From Actinomycetota bacterium (GTDB taxonomy: Bacteria; Actinomycetota; CADDZG01; JAHWKV01; JAOPZY01), in assembly GCA_050693695.1 (NCBI GenBank), contig JBOGWM010000038.1:1-37396 (forward strand): 37,396 bases of DNA. The letters run 5' to 3'. The notes under the pieces were generated by a model, which saw nothing but the letters and a program-made list of their open reading frames with translations, ran no database searches and had not been told where the DNA came from. The position numbers and the translations under genes are program-made. Each line of letters starts with the position of its first letter. Within the stretch, counting starts at the first letter, position 1. This document shows positions 34,424-37,396 of this stretch, in pieces.

Positions 34424-34481
34424 CCTGTTCGGCCTGCGGGGCCCTGAAGCTGCAGTCCCGTCATGAGTTAGGAGCCAGGAC

Positions 34482-34946
34482 ATGGAACTCGGATCAGTGC
34501 TCCGAAAGGAACGGGAACGGGCGCGCCTCTCCGTCCAGGCCATGGCATCCCGTTTGAAGCTGTCGCAGGAGAAGTATGAGGCACTGGAGTCGGGGACGTC
34601 CCTCCTGGAACAATGGGGCACCGTCTGGGGGTATATGTCGGTGGCGCTCAAGACGCCGATGAGCCAGTTGGTGTCACCGACGGGCAAGTCGGCCGATGTC
34701 ACGCCCGGACAGACGGCAACGCTTATCCGCAATAGCCGAACCAAAAGGGAACAATCGCCCGAGGAAGTGGCAGAGAAGGTCGGGTTGACCACAGACGTTT
34801 GCCAGGCCATCGAAGCTGGGGAGCAGCCTCAGTTCGAAGACTCCGGCCTCTGGCTGTTGCGATTTGCGGAGGCGATCCCAATGCCGGTCTTCAACCTCAT
34901 CTACCCGTGCGGGCTACTCTTCACGGAAATCCCCGACTACTCCTAG
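34482..34946 (+). CDS. Protein with two tandem XRE-type HTH domains
   Basis: LGSVLRKERERARLSVQAMASRLKLSQEKYEALESG and GQTATLIRNSRTKREQSPEEVAEKVGLTTDVCQAIEAGE. Lower-GC gene. Confidence 0.65.
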   Translation: MELGSVLRKERERARLSVQAMASRLKLSQEKYEALESGTSLLEQWGTVWGYMSVALKTPMSQLVSPTGKSADVTPGQTATLIRNSRTKREQSPEEVAEKVGLTTDVCQAIEAGEQPQFEDSGLWLLRFAEAIPMPVFNLIYPCGLLFTEIPDYS

Positions 34947-34996
34947 CCCGGATCTTTCCAACCCAGTTACTGTCTCTTAGCGGAGGGCGAACGGTC

Positions 34997-35867
34997 ATGG
35001 TGGCGATCCGGGGACTGGTCCAGGACGGTGATCTGGACCCGGCCGAGGTCCGGGATCTGCTCGATCTCGCTTGCCGGCTGAAGGCCGCTCGAGGCGCGGG
35101 GAGCGAGCGTCCGGTGCTGTCGGGCAAGGCGATCGCGCTGGTGTTCGAGCAGCCGTCGACGCGCACTCGGTCGGCGTTCGAGGTCGCCGCCGCCCATCAA
35201 GGTGCAACGGCCTGCTACATGGACCCGGCCAGCTGCCACCTGGGTGTGCGGGAGTCGGTCGAGGATACCGGTCGGGTGCTGGGAGGGATGTACGACGGAA
35301 TCGCGTATCGCGCCCGGCGTCAGGACGCGGTGGCCATCATGGCGAGGTGGGCCGGCGTGCCGGTCTGGAACGCGCTGACCGATCTGTGGCACCCCACCCA
35401 GGTCCTCGCGGACATGCTGACCATGCGCGAGCACTCTGGCGGCAGGGCGTGGCCCGACCTGTGCGTGGCGTTCCTCGGGGACGGCCGGTCCAATGTCGCC
35501 AACTCGCTACGGATCACCGGTGCGTCGCTGGGCATGACCGTGCGGATCGTGTCGCCCAAGGTCCTGGCGAGCGCCCCAGCCGTGCGGGAGGTGGCTGAGC
35601 GGATCTGTCGCGCCACCGGCGGCACGACGATCGACACCGACGACGTCGAGGAGGGCGTGCGGGGTGCTGATTTCGTCTACACCGACACCTGGATACGGGT
35701 CGGAGAACGCTCGGACCAGTGGCGGGACCGGGTCGCGCTGCTGCTGCCCTATCGGGTCGACTCAGACCTGTTGGCCCACACCAAGAATGCCAGCGTGAAA
35801 TACCTGCACTGCCTGCCCGCCATCCATGACACCAGCACCAACGTCGGGCAGCAGTTCCACGCCCACC
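34997..35867 (+). pseudogene. argF: Ornithine carbamoyltransferase, 3'-truncated at the IS3 junction
   Basis: GGAGGG 9 nt upstream of ATG 34997. Motifs: FEQPSTRTRSAFEVAA, DTGRVLGGMYDGIAYR, VPVWNALTDLWHPTQVLAD, FLGDG.SNVANSL, ADFVYTDTW, YLHCLPAIHD (HCLP marks OTCase rather than ATCase). The last ~50-60 aa are missing. The 726-aa tracked ORF continues as antisense of the IS. Confidence 0.8.
35842..35867. repeat. Right copy of the exact 26-bp direct repeat, at the argF/IS3 junction
   Basis: Identical to 33869-33894. Confidence 0.95.
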
Positions 35868-36444
35868 TTGGCGAGCTCGGCGTCCTCCCGCGGCGCCAGC
35901 ATCCAGCCCACCACCAGCCGGGAGAAGATGTCGAGCATCACGAGCAGGTAGTAGTACGTCCATTTGACCGGCCCGAGCAGCTTCGTCGTGTCCCAGCTCC
36001 AGACCTGGTTCGGACCCGTCGCCAGCAGCTCGGGGCGGGAGTAGGCGGGATGGCGGAGCTGGTTGCGGCGTTCCCGCACCTCGCCGTCCTCGGCGAGGAT
36101 GCGGTACATCGTGCGGATCGAGCACAGGTAGCGGCCCTCGTCGAGCAGTGTCGCCACGATCGGGGCGGGTGCGAGGTCGGCGAACCGCTCCGAGTGTGCG
36201 GCGTCGAGGACCGCCTGGCGCTCGGTGGGGCTGAGCGCCCGGGGAGAAGGCCGCCGGGGCTTCTTCTCTTCTGCGGGTGCAGGCGGCTTGCGACGCCGGT
36301 ACAGGGTGGCCCGGGCAACCCCCAGCGCGTCGCAGGCGGGCTTGGCACCGACCGTCACGGCGAGCTCCTCCGCTGCGGCGATCATGACCTGCCGCCTCGC
36401 CTGGTCGTCTCCGAGTCGATCCCAAGCAGCCGAGAGAGTTTTTT
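35842..36444 (-). pseudogene. IS3-family transposase OrfB, truncated before the complete DDE core
   Basis: The -1 frame after the slippery site reads ...TLSAAWDRLGDDQARRQVMIAAAEELAVTVGAKPACDALGVARATLYRRRK...LLDEGRYLCSIRTMYRIL...NQVWSWDTTKLLGPVKWTYYYLLVMLDIFSRLVVGWMLAPREDAELAK, then loses homology. Confidence 0.7.
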
Positions 36445-36810
36445 TTGGACATCGATCACGGCCTCGGCCTGCTCGACCCGCTGGCGCAGCCGCTCGTTCT
36501 CCGCCCGCAGGGCCTCGAGCTCCACGTCCTTGGGATCCCTGGCGGGCCGGCCGGGCCTGGCGGTGCCGAGGGTTCCCCCGGCCCGCTGGCGGCGCCAGTC
36601 GACGAGGTGCGACCAGTACAGGCCCTCTCTCCTGAGCAGCGCCCCGATGCCGCCCTCGGGCAGGGCATCGGCCTCGGCGAGGATCCGCTGCTTGTACTCG
36701 GTTGTAAACCTCCGGCGCTTCGGCTTCTCCGGCACCTCGGGGTCCGGGGGGCGGGTGCTCACGGCTCCAGCATCGGCGCGCGCGGGCAGGGTTGTCACGG
36801 TGGTGGTCAA
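36382..36810 (-). CDS. IS3-family transposase OrfA (HTH)
   Basis: TTG start with GAGGAG upstream. RRRFTTEYKQRILAEADALPEGGIGALLRREGLYWSHLVDWRRQR...LRAENERLRQRVEQAEAVIDVQKKLSRLLG is a typical IS3 OrfA. Confidence 0.85.
   Translation of the reverse strand: MTTTVTTLPARADAGAVSTRPPDPEVPEKPKRRRFTTEYKQRILAEADALPEGGIGALLRREGLYWSHLVDWRRQRAGGTLGTARPGRPARDPKDVELEALRAENERLRQRVEQAEAVIDVQKKLSRLLGIDSETTRRGGRS
36438..36445 (-). promoter_or_regulatory. Programmed -1 ribosomal frameshift site (A AAA AAA C) of the IS3 element
   Basis: A T8 run on the plus strand is an A8 run in the orfA codons CAA AAA AAA CTC. The -1 frame opens directly into orfB. Confidence 0.6.
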
Positions 36811-37149
36811 CGGATCGGTCTCCTCGCCCTCGAGGTCAGTAGTTTCGGCGGGGAAGTTGTCTCACGTCACGTTGTCACAGAGGGCTCCGGCACGAGCTCC
36901 GCAACGGGGCTGGTGCGGTAGGCACACCAGCACTACCGGGCCCGGGATGGTGGAGCCAATCTCGCGGCCGAACACCTAGTCGTTAGGCGCTTACCTCGAG
37001 CACCCCGAGCAAGGTGCTGTCCGCGTTGCTCGGCGGGCCGCCAGGTCAAACCTGTTTTCCATGTTGTTAGTTCCCTGTGATGACTCCATGCCAGGGAGCC
37101 AACAAGATTGGAATCGACACGACCAGCAACTTTGCCTCGCGGTTCTTTC

Positions 37150-37396
37150 TCACTCTGGACGGTATGTCGCTGCAGGCGCCTGCTTAGGAGCACCAGACCC
37201 AGATGGCAGATGGGCACATGCTCGCACGTACGGCCTGCGGGAGCCCACGAACCGATTCCACTCTTCTTGAGTCAGGTTGCGCCCGCCCAGCGCGCAAGCG
37301 TGCCGAATCCACGCATCGACAGTAACCGGCCACAGCAGCACCATCCCATCGCGTCCTCCGGCGGAGGCGACGGTCTTGCCGTCGGGGCTGAACGCC
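37150..37396 (-). CDS. C-terminal end of a WD40-repeat protein (5' part lies beyond the right window edge)
   Basis: Reverse translation from the window edge reads AFSPDGKTVASAGGRDGMVLLWPV...WIRHACALGGRNLTQEEWNRFVGSRRPYVRAC..., the common C-terminal ending of actinobacterial WD40/STAND proteins. Stop at 37150. Confidence 0.7.
   Translation of the reverse strand, partial: AFSPDGKTVASAGGRDGMVLLWPVTVDAWIRHACALGGRNLTQEEWNRFVGSRRPYVRACAHLPSGSGAPKQAPAATYRPE

Larger units (their letters stand above)
35842..36879 (-). mobile_element. IS3-family insertion sequence, truncated (orfA intact, orfB cut after about 190 codons, right end missing)
   Basis: orfA/orfB architecture with an A8 slippery run. A possible left terminus TGTGACAACGTGACG... 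ends near 36879 (uncertain). The orfB homology stops near 35842-35870, where argF sequence begins. Confidence 0.75.

Noticed and set aside
35514-36452. 312-aa minus ORF starting MSKKNSLGCLG at the IS3 slippery run.
   Set aside because: It is the +1 frame relative to orfA and translates to Arg/Gly junk. The genuine -1 frame is the orfB frame.
34799-36979. 726-aa plus-strand ORF, the longest in the window.
   Set aside because: It is a chimera. Residues 67 to about 357 are ornithine carbamoyltransferase. The rest is the antisense reading of the IS3 orfB/orfA region.
1-37396. CRISPR arrays, rRNA genes, tRNA genes, retron/DGR-type reverse transcriptases and riboswitch-like leaders of the his, trp or nad operons.
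   Set aside because: No regularly spaced repeat arrays, no rRNA or tRNA-like conserved blocks, no RT motifs, and essentially no untranslated leader space in the overlapping operons. A covariance-model scan would be needed to exclude small ncRNAs formally.

Overview
This is a high-GC (roughly two-thirds G+C) window with Actinomycetota-like gene organisation. It splits into two parts.

**Core region (1 to about 27.6 kb).** This part is densely packed, mostly minus-strand core metabolism.
- A his/trp supra-operon is present: hisD-hisC-hisB-hisH-hisA-hisF, then hisI-trpE-(M28 peptidase)-trpC. Its genes are chained by 1-4 nt start/stop overlaps.
- The supra-operon is split by a ~7.2 kb block holding nadA/nadC, an orphan minimal class III nucleotidyl cyclase, a sugar-type ABC importer (two permeases plus a lipoprotein binding protein, no ATPase) and a padR-membrane protein pair.
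- Further right lie a vapB antitoxin with a decayed vapC and an extracytoplasmic thiol-redox cluster (ccdA, two TlpA-like redoxins, a Tat lipoprotein, DUF3105).
- After that come a tandem pair of RimK-like ATP-grasp ligases behind a 414-bp gene-less spacer, an APC amino-acid permease and a SulP/STAS anion transporter.

**Accessory region (27.65 kb to the right edge).** The character changes to patchy lower GC and a graveyard of mobile-element and gene fragments.
- The mobile-element fragments are a tyrosine-integrase N-terminus, a resolvase HTH tail, a 3'-truncated IS256-family transposase and a truncated IS3-family element.
- The gene fragments are an ornithine carbamoyltransferase cut at the IS3 junction and WD40 pieces.
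- Small orphan genes are interspersed: SH3-like, AMIN-like, beta/gamma-crystallin-like, a tandem-HTH protein and a methyltransferase.

**What I could and could not find.** I found no CRISPR array, rRNA or convincing tRNA. The most interesting candidates are:
- the ATP-grasp pair with small upstream ORFs (possible graspetide-like or peptide-ligase module);
- the orphan cyclase with a repeat-phased AT-rich leader that shares a motif with the padR promoter;
- an exact 26-bp direct repeat bracketing a 1.9-kb module in the accessory island.

None of these can be proven from sequence reading alone.
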